Assembly (NCBI RefSeq): GCF_020745735.1
Contig: NC_083434.1
Coordinates: forward strand, 19,031,966 to 19,095,965
Direction: 5' to 3'
DNA length: 64,000 nucleotides
Source: Hemiscyllium ocellatum
Taxonomy: Eukaryota
In this document: one piece after another, positions 13,790 through 25,489 of the stretch
Position numbering within the stretch: position 1 is the stretch's first letter
Layout of the letters: the number at the start of each line of letters is the position of its first letter
Program-made: the position numbers and the translations under genes
Notes under the pieces: model-generated
Seen by the model: the letters and a program-made list of their open reading frames with translations, nothing else
The model's database searches: none
What the model was told of the DNA's origin: nothing

Positions 13790-14131
13790 CTTCCATAGGA
13801 AGGAGACTAGAATTGCACGCAATTCTAAAAGTTGCCTCACCAATGTCCTGCACAGCCACAACATGACCTCCCAACTCCTATACTCAATTCTCTGACCAAT
13901 AACGGAAAGCATACCAAACACTTCTTCACTATCCTATTTACCTGCGACTCCAATTTCAAGGAGCTATGAATCTGCACTCCAAGATCTCTTTGTTCAACAA
14001 CACTCCCCTGGACTTTACCAGTGTAGAAGCCCTGCTTTGATTTGCTTTTTTTTGTATCTTGATTGAAACAATGTCAAATTAGGTGAGGTTATCCTTATTT
14101 CATTATTGCTCCTTTGAAGAATCTGTTATAA

Positions 14132-14460
14132 TCATAGAATCCCTAGCGTGGAAAGAGGCCATTTGGCCCAACAAGTCCACACCGACCTTCCGCAGAATAT
14201 CCCACGCAGACCCATTCCTCTACATTTCCCAATGCACCTAAGCTACACATCCCTGAACAATATGGGCAATTTAGCATGGCTAATTCACCTAATGTGCACA
14301 TCTTTGTGGCTGTGGGAGGAAACTGGAGTACCCGGAGGAAATCCATGCAGACATGGGGAGAATGTGCAAACTCCACACAAACAGTTGCCGAGGCTGGGAT
14401 TGAACCCGGGTCCCTGGCGCTGTGAGGCAGCAGTGCTAACCATTGAACCACCGCGCTGTC
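14132..14460 (-). mobile_element. tRNA-derived V-domain SINE (HE1-like), full length
   Basis: A box (TGGTTCAATGG) and B box (GGTTCAATCCC); TGTGTGGAGTTTGCACATTCTCCCC core; CR1-like 3' tail. Confidence 0.8.
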
Positions 14461-14883
14461 TTGATTTGCTAAATGTGGATTGAGCATTAATCCTGTTGTG
14501 AGAGAAAAGCTTGTCAAGAGTCATTGACATGGACATCTTAAAAAATAAACTTCCTTCTGAAGCCTATAATTCCTTACATTTTTCTCGACATCAAATGGAT
14601 CAAAGCAGTACATGAATTTTACAATTATATCAAGGTCTAAAGTAGTACGAAACTAAAGGAACTGCCATCTTAAGAGGATGGGAATCATGTCACGGCAATC
14701 AAACTTACAAGAAGCATGTTGTTTTTATGGATTCAACAGATTAGAAAAATCTAGCCAATTAACACTACTGTCCTTCCTGCGCTCTGAAGCGGGACAATGT
14801 CCAATTCCCTTGGATTTTTATTCAATGGCTTAAAACAGACAAAGCTTGCTGCTTGTGTTTTCCTGTATGCCAGGAGAATAATA

Positions 14884-15495
14884 GGTAGACAAGCAGGAGG
14901 CTAGAAGGATACAGCAAGCCAGGCAGCAGAGTTAGAAAAGTCAATGTTTCGTGTGTAACCCTTCTTCAGGACTGAGGGTGGGTGTAAGGGGAGCTGAGGA
15001 TAAGGGGGTTTTGGGGGGGGGGGGGGGTGGTGGGGGTGGTGGAGGTGGTTGGGGTAGAAGGGTTGAGTGGTGAGGTGGTGATAGAGGTAAAGGGTACGGC
15101 CTGGTTGGTTGATGGGAGAAATTAATCCGGTCAGTAGTTGGAAATGAGGGTTCATTCGAGGAATGGAAGGGAGGAGAAGGGGTTGGAAAGGGAGGTTATA
15201 TGAAATTGCAGAACTCAAATTAGAGGAACAACACCTTTTCTTCTGCCTGGGCAGCCTACAGCTCCAATGTTGAGTTCTCCAATTTCAAATAACCTCCCTT
15301 CCCGTCCCTGACTCCCTTTCTAGTGCTTCCTCCTCTCTTCCACTCCTCTGACTGACCCTTCGTTCCAACTACCAACTGGATTCCTTCATCCTATTAACCA
15401 ACCAGGCCATACCCTCTCCATCTGTGTTCACTTATCATTATGGCACCACTCAGTCCAACTCCCCACCCAAAACCCTCCCTCACCACCCCCCCCAA
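14884..15495. mobile_element. Older PLE (A-related) 3' fragment with internal inversion
   Basis: Minus-strand pLTR with decayed hammerhead (~14940-14972) and G-rich 3' region; from ~15220 plus-strand LEEQHLFFCLGSLQ (cf. LEEERLIFRLGTLQ of PLE-A). Confidence 0.7.
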
Positions 15496-16569
15496 GTCCT
15501 ACTTGACAATGAGGGGGTGCCACTTGTTACTGCGTAAATTTAAGTCAGATGCTTCATTGGTTTAGTATGGTAACCCCATGCTGTTGGCTCTACATCACAA
15601 ATCAGCTGTTCAGCCAACTTGGTGTCCCTACAAAATGTGTTGTCCAACAGTGGCTCAGACATTCTCTATTTGACAGGATACAATAAATTCTCATCAGAAT
15701 TGGTCTCCTTTTTGCTTTGTTCTTTCATGAGATGTGGACCTTCCTGGCAAAGCCCATCCATGAATGCCCATTATCTCAGTGACTTGCTCAGCCATTTCAG
15801 AGGCCAGTTAAGGGTCCTCTACATTGCTGTGGGTCTGCAGTCACTCACAAACCAGGCCAAGTAAAGATAACCAATCTCTATTCCTAAATGGGGTCAGCGA
15901 ACCAGGTGTTTTTATGATAAGCAACAATGGTTTCATGACACCAATTCTGAGATTAGTTTTATATTTCAGAATTATTAATTGAATTCGAATTCAATCAGCT
16001 TCCATGATGGGATTTGATCTCCTCGAGCATTAGCCTGGGCCTGTGGATTACCAGTTCCCTGACATGACTATTTTGCTACACTAAGAAAGGTCCACAGCTA
16101 TGGTCACTTGGGTAGAATAGGTTAAGAAATATTCTGATAAGAAGAATCTCAGCATCATTTCTCAATCTAAACAAGCGACAAAAGTTATTTTACTTCTTTA
16201 AAGAATGCACTTTCCTTCAAGTGATTAGCACTGATCAGCAGACGCCAGTTAGAAATACGAACTGAAGTTAACAGTATGACAGAAATGAAATATCAGTGAA
16301 AATCATTAGTAGACAAATTAGGGACAAAAAAACTGATTCAGACAAGAGATGAGTGCGAAATCAGGCTGACAATCCAATACAATGCCACAGGAGTGCTGCA
16401 TTGTTGGAGCTTTCTCAGGTGGACATAAAAGAGTCCACTGAACATGTAGCAAAACACAGGAGTTTAAATATGTATCCATTAAGCATTGTCTGGAAATGTT
16501 GATCTGGTGATGAGCACATTTCTGTTCATGACATCATGCTATATACAAAACAGCTCTTGCATTTAAGAT

Positions 16570-17250
16570 TTTGGAGACGATTTGTAGCCCAGGTTGCTCA
16601 CTGAGCTGCTGGGTTTGTTTTCAGACGTTTCCTCACCATGCCAGGTAACGTCATCAGTGGCGTTCTGTCCCACATGCTAGTTATGAGTCTTGGTTTATTG
16701 TGTTGGGAGGTATAATTTCTGTTTGTGAGAGGTTGGTAAATGGGGTCCAAATCTATGAGTTTGCTAATGGAGCTCCAATTTGAATGCCAGGCCCCTAGGA
16801 ATTCCCGTGTTGCCTGTCCCAGTCGAACTGCTGCCCCTCTTCACTTGTGTGTATGGATACTAGTGATAGTTGGCCATGTCTTTTGGTGGCGAGTTGGTGC
16901 TCATATATCCTACTTGCTAGTCTCTTGCCAGTTTGTTGCAGTCCTTGCAAGGTATTTTGTATATTACGTTCATTCTGCTGGCTGTGGGTACAGAGTCCTT
17001 TAAATTCATCAGTAGTCATTTTAGTGTGGTAGTAGGTTTATGGACTATCATGATGCCTTGGGGCCAGAGTAGTCTGGTCGTCATCTCTGAAATGTCCTTG
17101 ATGTATGATAGGGTGATGAGAGTGTCTGGGTGTACTGAGCTTGCCTGTTTAGGTCACTGTGCAGTAATTGGCAGACTACGCTTATTGGGGAACAGTGCCT
17201 GAATACGTTGTAGAGGTGTTTCTCCTCGGCTTCTCAGTCTGTGATGTGGC
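16570..17250 (-). mobile_element. Older PLE-B-related fragment with hammerhead motif (~16622-16660)
   Basis: QTGKRLASRIYEHQLATKRHGQLSLV matches the PLE-B endonuclease; reverse complement contains CUGAUGA-C-GUUACC..GGUGAG-GAAAC-GUC. Confidence 0.75.
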
Positions 17251-17870
17251 TCTTGCATTTCTGATATTACAATTATGATCATGGGTTAGAAGGGTAGAGA
17301 ACATCCCAAATAGTACAGGAGTTTGAAAGGATTAACTACCCTTACAAAAATAAATGGAAGGGACTTTTAGAATCTTTCAAGAGGTGAAAAGAATATGGGC
17401 AGCAGCAACATAAAGAGTGATGGGAGTGCTCAGCAGCGGTAATAGCTGTTAAGGGAGTGCCTGGAGAAAAGGGAATCTGCTGTGGATGTGAACTACTATC
17501 CGTCTGGAGATTTTTTGCATTCATCACATCTCAGGACAAATGTGTAAGGGATCTTGGAATGCAACAAATGCTCTCTCCATATAACATATCAGATCATATA
17601 AATAGACAGGGTGTAACATAAAATCATTACTTTATTGCAGTGTTTTCTGAATTGGCATGCTGGCTGCAAAATTATACGTCAGCTCCTTTCAAACAGCAGT
17701 TTTCCTGACCAATGCCTGATTCCTGCTTACTGCACATACTGACATGGATTTATAAAAGGACTCTGAAGAATTATTGCATGGAATAACATGAGTATGCTGA
17801 CCCCTACTGCTGGTTTTGAGTACTGGGACTTGCTTCTGTGAACAATTGGCCTGTCTGGGTAACATGATGT

Positions 17871-18101
17871 AGATTAGAAGATTAGATTAGATTCGGCCCA
17901 ACAAGTCCACACCGACCCTGCAAAGACTAACCCATCCAGACCCATTTCCCTCTGACTAATGCACCTAACACTATGGGCAACTTAGCGTGGCCAATTCACC
18001 TGACCTGCACATCTTTGTGCTATGGGAGGAAACCAGAGCACCTGGAGGAAACCCCGGGTCCGTGATACTGTGAAGCAACAGCGCTAACCACTAAGTCACC
18101 C
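17871..18101 (-). mobile_element. HE1-like SINE with internal deletion
   Basis: Homology to 14132-14460; (AGATT)n tail. Confidence 0.72.
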
Positions 18102-18496
18102 CACAGAAGAGGCCCTTTCACCCATCAAGTCTATCTACACTGATCCCATTTTCCAGAATGTGGCCCATTCTTGAATGTTATATTTCAAGTGCTCATCCAT
18201 TTATATTTGAAAAGTTCAGAGGTCTCCTGCCTCTACTATCTTCCCAGCTAGTGCAATCCAGATTCTCACCACCCTGGATATGTAGATGGCAGATTCATCA
18301 ATGTGCAGTTAGGTAAATGGCAGGATTTCTGAATGGACATAGTTTATTAGCAACATTGGCTTCTGTGGAACAATTGATTGGTGTTTCATAATTTCATAAG
18401 CTGTAAATGGTCTACCTATGCTCCTCTCTCCCAAAACATAGATTTGCATCAAATACCCACTTCCCTGTGCTTATGACTGTTACTCTTTAGCAATTA

Positions 18497-20600
18497 GAGT
18501 CACAGTCATACAGCAGGGAAAAAGATCCTTCAGTCCAACTTGTCCGTGCTGACCAGGTATTCTAAATTAATCTGATCCCATTTGCCAGCATTTGGCCCAT
18601 ATTCCTCTAAACCCTTCCTATTCATATACCCATCCAGATGGTTTTTAAATGTTGTAATTGTACCATTCTCCACTACTACTTCTGGCAGCTCGTTCCATAC
18701 ACGCACACCCTCTGCATGAAGAAGTTACCCCTTAGGGTCTCTTTTAAATCTTTTCTTCTTCCCTTAAACCTATGCCCTCTAGTTTTAGACACCCCTGGAC
18801 TGGGGCAAAGATCTTGACTATTCATCCTATCCAGGCCACTCATGATTTCAAACCTCTTTCAGGTCATCCCTCACTCTCTGATGCTCCAGGTTAAATAGCC
18901 ACAGTCTATTCAGCCTCTTCCTATAGCTCAAACCCTGCAATCTAGCAAAGTCCCTCTAAATCTTTTTTGCACCCTTTCAACTTTAACAACATCTTTCCTA
19001 TAGGGGGGAGACCAGAAATGAACCCAGTATTGCAAAAGTGGCCTAACCAATGTCCTGTACAGCCACAACATCCTATACTCAATGCACTCTCCAATAAAGG
19101 CAAGCCTACAAAATGCCTCTTTCGCTAGCCTGTCTACCTGTGACTCCACCTTCAAGGATCTATAAACCCACATCCCAAGGTCTCCGTTCAGCAACACTCC
19201 CCATGTCGTACCATTTAGTGCAGAAGTCTGCCCTGATTTGCCTTAACAAAATGTAAAACCTCAGATTTACCTAAATTAAACCCCATCTGTCACTCCTCAG
19301 CCCATCTGAATGATCAAAGTCCCACTGTTCTCTAAGATGACCTTCTTCACTGTCCACTACACCTCCAATTTTGGTGTTATCTGCAAATGTACTAATCATC
19401 CCCCCTACATTCACATTTAAATCATTTATACAAATGTCAAACAGCAGTGAAATGAGCAAGAATCTTTGCAGCACACTGCTGGTCACAGGCCTCCAGTCTG
19501 AAAAGCAACCCACAACTACCACTTTCTGTTTCCTACCTTCAAGCCAGTTTTGTATCCAAATGGCTAGCTCGTCTGGATTCCAAGTACCAACCTTGCTAAC
19601 CAGTCTACCAGGCACAACCTCATTAAACACCTTGCTGAAGTCCATAGCCAACATCCACCACTCTGCCTTCATTAATCTTCCTTGTCACTTCTTCAAAGAA
19701 AATCTTAATCAAATTACTGAGACTCAATTTTCCATGCACAAAGCCATGTTGACTATCCCTAATCAGGCCATGCCTTTCCAAATGCATGTAAGCCCTGTCC
19801 CTCTGAATCCTTGTAACAACTTACCCACCACTAATCTCAGGCTCTATGGTCTTCAATTCCCTGGCTTTTCTTTACCATCTTTCTTAAATAATGGCACCAC
19901 AGGCACAATAGCTCAGTGGTTACCACTGATGCCTCACAGCACCAGGGACCCAGGTTCGATTACACTCTTGGGCAACTGTGTGTGGAGTTTGCAGGTTCCC
20001 TGTGTCTGTGAGAGTTTCCTCTGGGGGCTCTGCTTTCCTCCCACAGTCCAAATACATGTAGGCTAGATGGATTACCCACGAAAATGTTGGATTACAGGGA
20101 CAGACTGGATCTGGGTGGGATGCTCTTCAGAGGGGTGGTGTGGTCTCAAAAGGTTGAATGGCCTGCTTCCACACTAAAGGGATTATATGATTAGCTGACT
20201 TCCAGTCTTCTGGTATCTTTCCTATGGCTATCAGTGATACAAATATCACAGCAAGGGGACCAATAATCACTTCCCTAGCTTCCTACCTGGGACACACCTG
20301 CTCAGGTGCCAGGAATTTAACAACCTTTACACATTTTAAGAAGTCAAACACCTCCTCCACCGTAATTCAAGACATCACTATTTATTCTTCCAAGTTCTCT
20401 ATCTTCCATATTCCTCTCCACAATAAATACTGACTCAAAATACTTGTTTAGTATCTCATCCACCTCCTGTGGTATCAAACTTAGAAGGCCTTGTTGATCT
20501 TTAAGGGCCTTATTCTCTATTTACTCTTTGGCCCTTAATTTTTTTTGTAGATTCACTTTGGATTATCCTTAACCCTTTGGCTAAAGCTATCTCATGCCTT
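18497..20600 (-). mobile_element. CR1-like LINE fragment (RT to 3' end)
   Basis: MDFSKVF..VP..RLVSK, WRPVTSSV.Q, FADNTKIGG, LYRTLVRPLLQY. Confidence 0.82.
19902..20191 (+). mobile_element. HE1-like V-SINE inserted in CR1
   Basis: TAGCTCAGTGG...GGTTCGATT...TGTGTGGAGTTTGCA... Confidence 0.75.
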
Positions 20601-21852
20601 TGCAATGCAAAAACTGAACCTCTGTTATAAAATGTTTTATACAGTGAGCTATTGCTTGTAGTGCCTAACTAGAAAGTTGTTGGGAGACAGATTGGTTATC
20701 CAGAATAAAATAAAGAACTGGGATGCTGGAAATCTGAAACAAAACAGAAACTCAGGAGGTCTGGCAGCATTTGTAGAGAGAAAGGAGAGCTAATCTTTCG
20801 ATTCCAGTGTCCAGATGCTGACATTCTATTTTCATTGCTGTCACAGTGACCCAATGCCAGTGGAATGCAAATCCTTCCCTATAGTCTGAAAGAATCAATT
20901 TGGGTTATTCTCATACATCTGCTGACAGCAGTTTATGGTAGTGCTTTTGTAGCTAAGGGAATAAATTTTACCTTTTGATTTGGAATAATGTATAAAAGAC
21001 CTAGACACTGAACAAAGTAAAAACATAAACAAAAGCATACAGATTACATTTTTAATATTCTCATCAGTTGAATCCTGCTGTGATCAAAAATGTAAAATTA
21101 GCACACTGGGTATCTTCCATAGTACCTGAAAGAATCATAATCCAGAAAAGATTCTTCAGCCCATTGAGTCTGTACAGCCAAAAATATATACTACTTTCAC
21201 TAGTCCCACAGCCTTATATGTTCTGACACTTCAAGCACTCATCCAAGTAAAAGGTTGTGAGGTTTTCTGCTTCAACTACCCTTCCAAGTATTACATTCTA
21301 GATCCCCACTACCCTCTGGATGAAAAGTGTTTTCCTCAAATCCCATATAAATCTCCTGCCTTTCACTTTAAAATTGTGCTCCTTGTTATTGACCCTTTGG
21401 CTAAGGGGAACAGCTGCTTTTTATTCATCCTGTCCATGCCCCTGGAATCCTATTTACCTCCAACAGATTTCCCCTGAACCTATCTGCTCCAAAGAAAACA
21501 ACTCTATCTTATCTGGTCTCCCTTCATAGTGGAAATGCTCCATTCATCATCCTGGTGAACCTCATTTGTAACGATCCTACAGTGTGCTGCCGAGAACTGC
21601 ACATGGTACTCCAGCCTAACAAAGTTCTGCTTCAAAATGGCCACTAAGTCCCCAGTGAATCTTAGCAATTCCCTCTGGCTGCTGACTGATGTGTTGTTTG
21701 GATTTCCAAACACAAAGAAAAAACAAAAGATACACATAGTGAGAGACAATGGGAGACCTGCTGTTACTGTAATATACTATTATTTTAAAGCTATGCTTGG
21801 AAGGAAACACTGCTCAATTCAGTTCTTGATTTTCCATTACTATTCTTGACTG

Positions 21853-22025
21853 ATTTGGACTGGGGTGCACAAAGTCAAAAATCACACAACACAGGTTATT
21901 TTTCAACAGGTTTATTTGGAAGCACTAGTTTTTAGAACACTGATGAAGGAGCAGCGCTCTGAAAGCTAGTGCTTCCAAATAAACCTGTTAGACTATAACC
22001 TGGTATTGTGTGATTTTTTTTACTT
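21853..22025. mobile_element. Fold-back mini-element of PLE family D with hammerhead core (~21938-21972, +)
   Basis: Inverted arms (AACAGGTTTATTTGGAAGCACTAG / CTAGTGCTTCCAAATAAACCTGTT); CTGATGAAGGAGCAGCGCTCTGAAAGCTAG; TSD TATTCTTGACTG at 21841-21852 and 22026-22037. Confidence 0.75.
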
Positions 22026-22589
22026 TATTCTTGACTGGTTATTGTATAGCAACAGATTTTCTTCTGATCCAGTGGTGGCTTGGATACTATTCTTGCATTT
22101 TTAGCATTGTGGAACTCTGACTGCTGCTTTTGATGCAGGTAACCTTTACCAGACTGGTAGCTCATTCTGTGATCTACGAGGTAATACAGCTGGCATACAT
22201 TTTTATCCTATCCATTGGAATAATATTCATTTGTTGCAATATGATAATGGACAATGAGAGCAGTATCACCCAACTGTATGAATGTATGTTTCAATTGAAC
22301 AGCCGAGTAACATATCATTTTGAGCTAACTTTACTGAAAGGTTTCAGAAGCTATCCATCTCCAAAGAATAGTATAAATCTGGAACTCCCTTTTGCTCTTC
22401 TCTTCTCCCATTGGCTCACCATAAAAACAGGAAAGAATTATGGCTCGGTCAATTGAAATGATCAAAATTGCGATTAATCGTATTTTCTTGGGTAAAGATA
22501 TGGAGACATGCATAGTCAAACTGAGTAAGTGTAATCGATGTACAGGTTAATCATTATCTAATCAATGGCAAAACAGATTTGAGGGTATA

Positions 22590-23010
22590 GGGAGAGGGTG
22601 AATTGGTTGGGGCTGTTTTCCCTGCAGCGCCAGAGGCTGAGGGGTGACCTTAGAGGTTTATAAAATCATGAGGGGCATGGAAAGGGTGTACAGCCAAGAT
22701 CTTTTCCCTGGCGTGGAGAAGTCCAGAACTATAGGGCATAGGTTTAGGGTGAAAAGGGAAAGATTCCCAAGAGGCCTAAGGGACAACATTTTCACACAGA
22801 GCATGGTGCATGTATGGATTGGGATACCAGAGGAAACGGTGGAGGCTGGTATAATTACAGCATTTAGAAGGCATCAGGATGGATATATGAATAGGAAGGG
22901 TTGAGAGGTATGTGGGCCAAATTGGACTAGATTAATTTCAGATATCTGGTTGGCATGGATGAGTTGAACCGAAGGGTCTGTTTTGGTGCTGTACATCTCT
23001 ATGATTCTGA
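22590..23010 (+). mobile_element. CR1-like LINE 3' end
   Basis: EVYKIMRGMERV..., GHRFRVK..., same tail as 13045. Confidence 0.8.
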
Positions 23011-23927
23011 ATGCCAGTATTTGCTGGTCAAATACAGCATAGACTCATTTTGTATTTAGGCCAATATGATGGCACCGGACATAATTACCACTGTAAAGTA
23101 TTCTCCTCAGGAGGTAGCATTAATAACATATAGCAAAACTAAAACTAAAAACATACATACATTGAGTATCTGTTAAAGATTTTTTTCTTGTTGTCAGTGA
23201 AGTCCACAATGCCCTGCCCATAATGCCCAAAAAGATTCAAATTGATTAAATTCCAAGGTCACCTGGACATGCACCAGACCTTGATACTGCATCAAATACT
23301 TGCAGCAACTGTGCATTGGTCTCCTGGGTCTTCGAACCGATCCATGGATGGGTGAGTTTTTACCAAGTCTAGGACCGATTTGTTATAGTGGATAGCCAGG
23401 AAAGTGGGCTGAGGCAACAATCAGATTTGCCAGGCTTGAGGGATAAAGAGCCTACTCCTGTACCTAATTCATAAGTTTACAGCTGTTTTCTAATCAATTT
23501 GCTTACAGATGCAATTATACACCTGTTTGTCTTATTTTATTATCCATTCTTTTAGCTTTTAAATATTTTCCCACTCTTCTGGTCAACCACTAATTTTCTA
23601 CACACCATACACATTTTATTTCAATTTTATACCAACCTTAACTCTATTAGTTAGCCAAAGATTGTGCAGCCTTTGGTAGAGTTTTTCCTCTCAATGGAAT
23701 TTGAAGACAGTCATGAAATATCTCCTGCTTCTCTTACTATTTAACTTTTAACCCATTTACCCAGTCCAGTTTAGCCAACTGACTGCATTTTTGTGTGATT
23801 GTCTTTATTTAAGTTTAAGACACTACTTATAGACCTACATTTCTCAATCTCAAAAAGAATAAAATTTTTATCATGCTAAGATCAATCTTGCCTACATTAT
23901 TCTTTACTGAGGTATTTCAATTAATTG

Positions 23928-24124
23928 AAAAATGTGTTGCTGGAAAAGCGCAGGTCAGGCAGCATCCAAGGAGCAGAAGAATCAATGTTTCGGGCATAAG
24001 CCCTTCTTCAGGAATCCCGAAACATTGATTCTCCTGCTCCTTGGATGCTGCCTGACCTGCTGCGCTTTTCCAGCAACACATTTTTCAGCTCTGATCTTCA
24101 GCATCTGCAGTCCTCACTTTCTCC
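23928..24124. mobile_element. Fold-back PLE-A-subfamily mini-element
   Basis: Inverted pLTR pair; TSD TATTTCAATTAATTG at 23913-23927 and 24125-24139; hammerhead cleavage triplet decayed (GAAACAUU). Confidence 0.85.
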
Positions 24125-24642
24125 TATTTCAATTAATTGCCTCATTATAATATTTCCAGGTCTAAAAATAATCTGCTCCAATGTTCCAGAACGTATTGTT
24201 CAAAGTAACTGTCTTTGAAACATTAAGAATCATCCTTCAGGCTCTCTTTACCAATTTGATTTGTTCAACTGATGTAAAGATTAATCCCCATGATTATTGC
24301 AATATCTTTCTTAACGTACAGTGTCCTTTTATGTAGCTATTTACTGTGGTTGAGAGGGGTTGGTCTATAAACCATTTCAACAATTTGATTTTTTGAACAA
24401 AGATCATTTCCTATTGTACAAATCCCATTCATTATTGAAAGGGAAAATCCACCTCCTTTTTCTTTACTCCTGCCTTCCAACATGTCAAATACTCATGAAT
24501 ATAACTTTACTTATATTTGTTCTCTCAATTTATCCATCTTTTTATGAAAACTGTGAGGATTCAATTAAAACTAAACGTTTAGTTTTGGTTTGTTACTGTT
24601 TTTGCCAGATTTAATCTTCTTTATCATATAGTGTTGTTTATA

Positions 24643-24817
24643 CTGAGCAACCTCGATTATCCAAACATTCATTATCTGAATTTCAGATTATCCGAACAAG
24701 ATCTCAAGGTCCCGGTGCTTGGGTAAATTGTATTATCCGAGCATTCAATCATTCGAACATTGGATTAATCAAAAATGTACTCACACCAGTGTCGTTCGGA
24801 TAATCGAGATTGCCCTG
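24643..24817. mobile_element. Tc1/mariner-pogo (Tigger-like) MITE
   Basis: ~24-bp TIRs CTGAGCAACCTCGATTATCCAAAC / GTTCGGATAATCGAGATTGCCCTG flanked by TA; internal ATTATCCGAAC-type repeats. Confidence 0.75.
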
Positions 24818-25489
24818 TATACTATGTTCCTACTTGTCACACTCTCGTTCTTTTCGCCCTGAAATATTGCCTTGTCCCTCCTCTTTAACTTCCCAAATCT
24901 GCCCTTATATGACCCTAAGCCCCCACTATTCATCCAAAGTCCTCCCTACCAGTTATAGGTTTTGTCAGGACACAGATCTCAGCACACCTCAGGCAAAAGT
25001 TGTTCCAATAATACATATTTCCCCAGTATTAGTGGCAGCATGCCTACCATTGAAATGCATTTCTCCAACAACAATCTTTGATTAATGCTTTATTTACCTA
25101 ATGCAAACTTTTTCGTGACCCAGGAAGCAATTTATCTTTGTGAGTCTGCTTGTGAAATTTACTCCTAGCCACTCATAGTTCCTTAGCAAAACCTCTTTCT
25201 TCGTCTTTGTTTTGTTTCAAGCTTTTGACTAGTAATGACTTCCATTTTTATGAACTGCAAATCTCATGTCCGATGTGTTCTGTAACTGGAGATAGGAATG
25301 GACTGTGCTATTAAGCCATAATTGAGGGGTCAGTGAACGTGGTTTCCACACTCCTTCAAGGTCAGAAATAGGAAAATAAACTACTTCAGTAACTTGTCTT
25401 CAGTTAAATGGTTATAGAGTATTACAAGTGTTCAAACATTTATGCCAATAGTGATATGCTTCCCCTGAATAATCAGATTGGGAACATTT

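Larger units (their letters stand above)
13045..14040 (-). mobile_element. CR1/HER1-like LINE 3' fragment (interrupted by a PLE hairpin)
   Basis: [29 protein letters not shown] and FTHRVVRVWNELP, typical CR1 ORF2 C-terminus. Confidence 0.85.

Noticed and set aside
14400-14460. tRNA-like A/B boxes
   Set aside because: SINE head continuing into the V-domain core; not a complete tRNA gene.
19371-20066. 231-aa ORF
   Set aside because: Antisense to a CR1 RT and running into a SINE.
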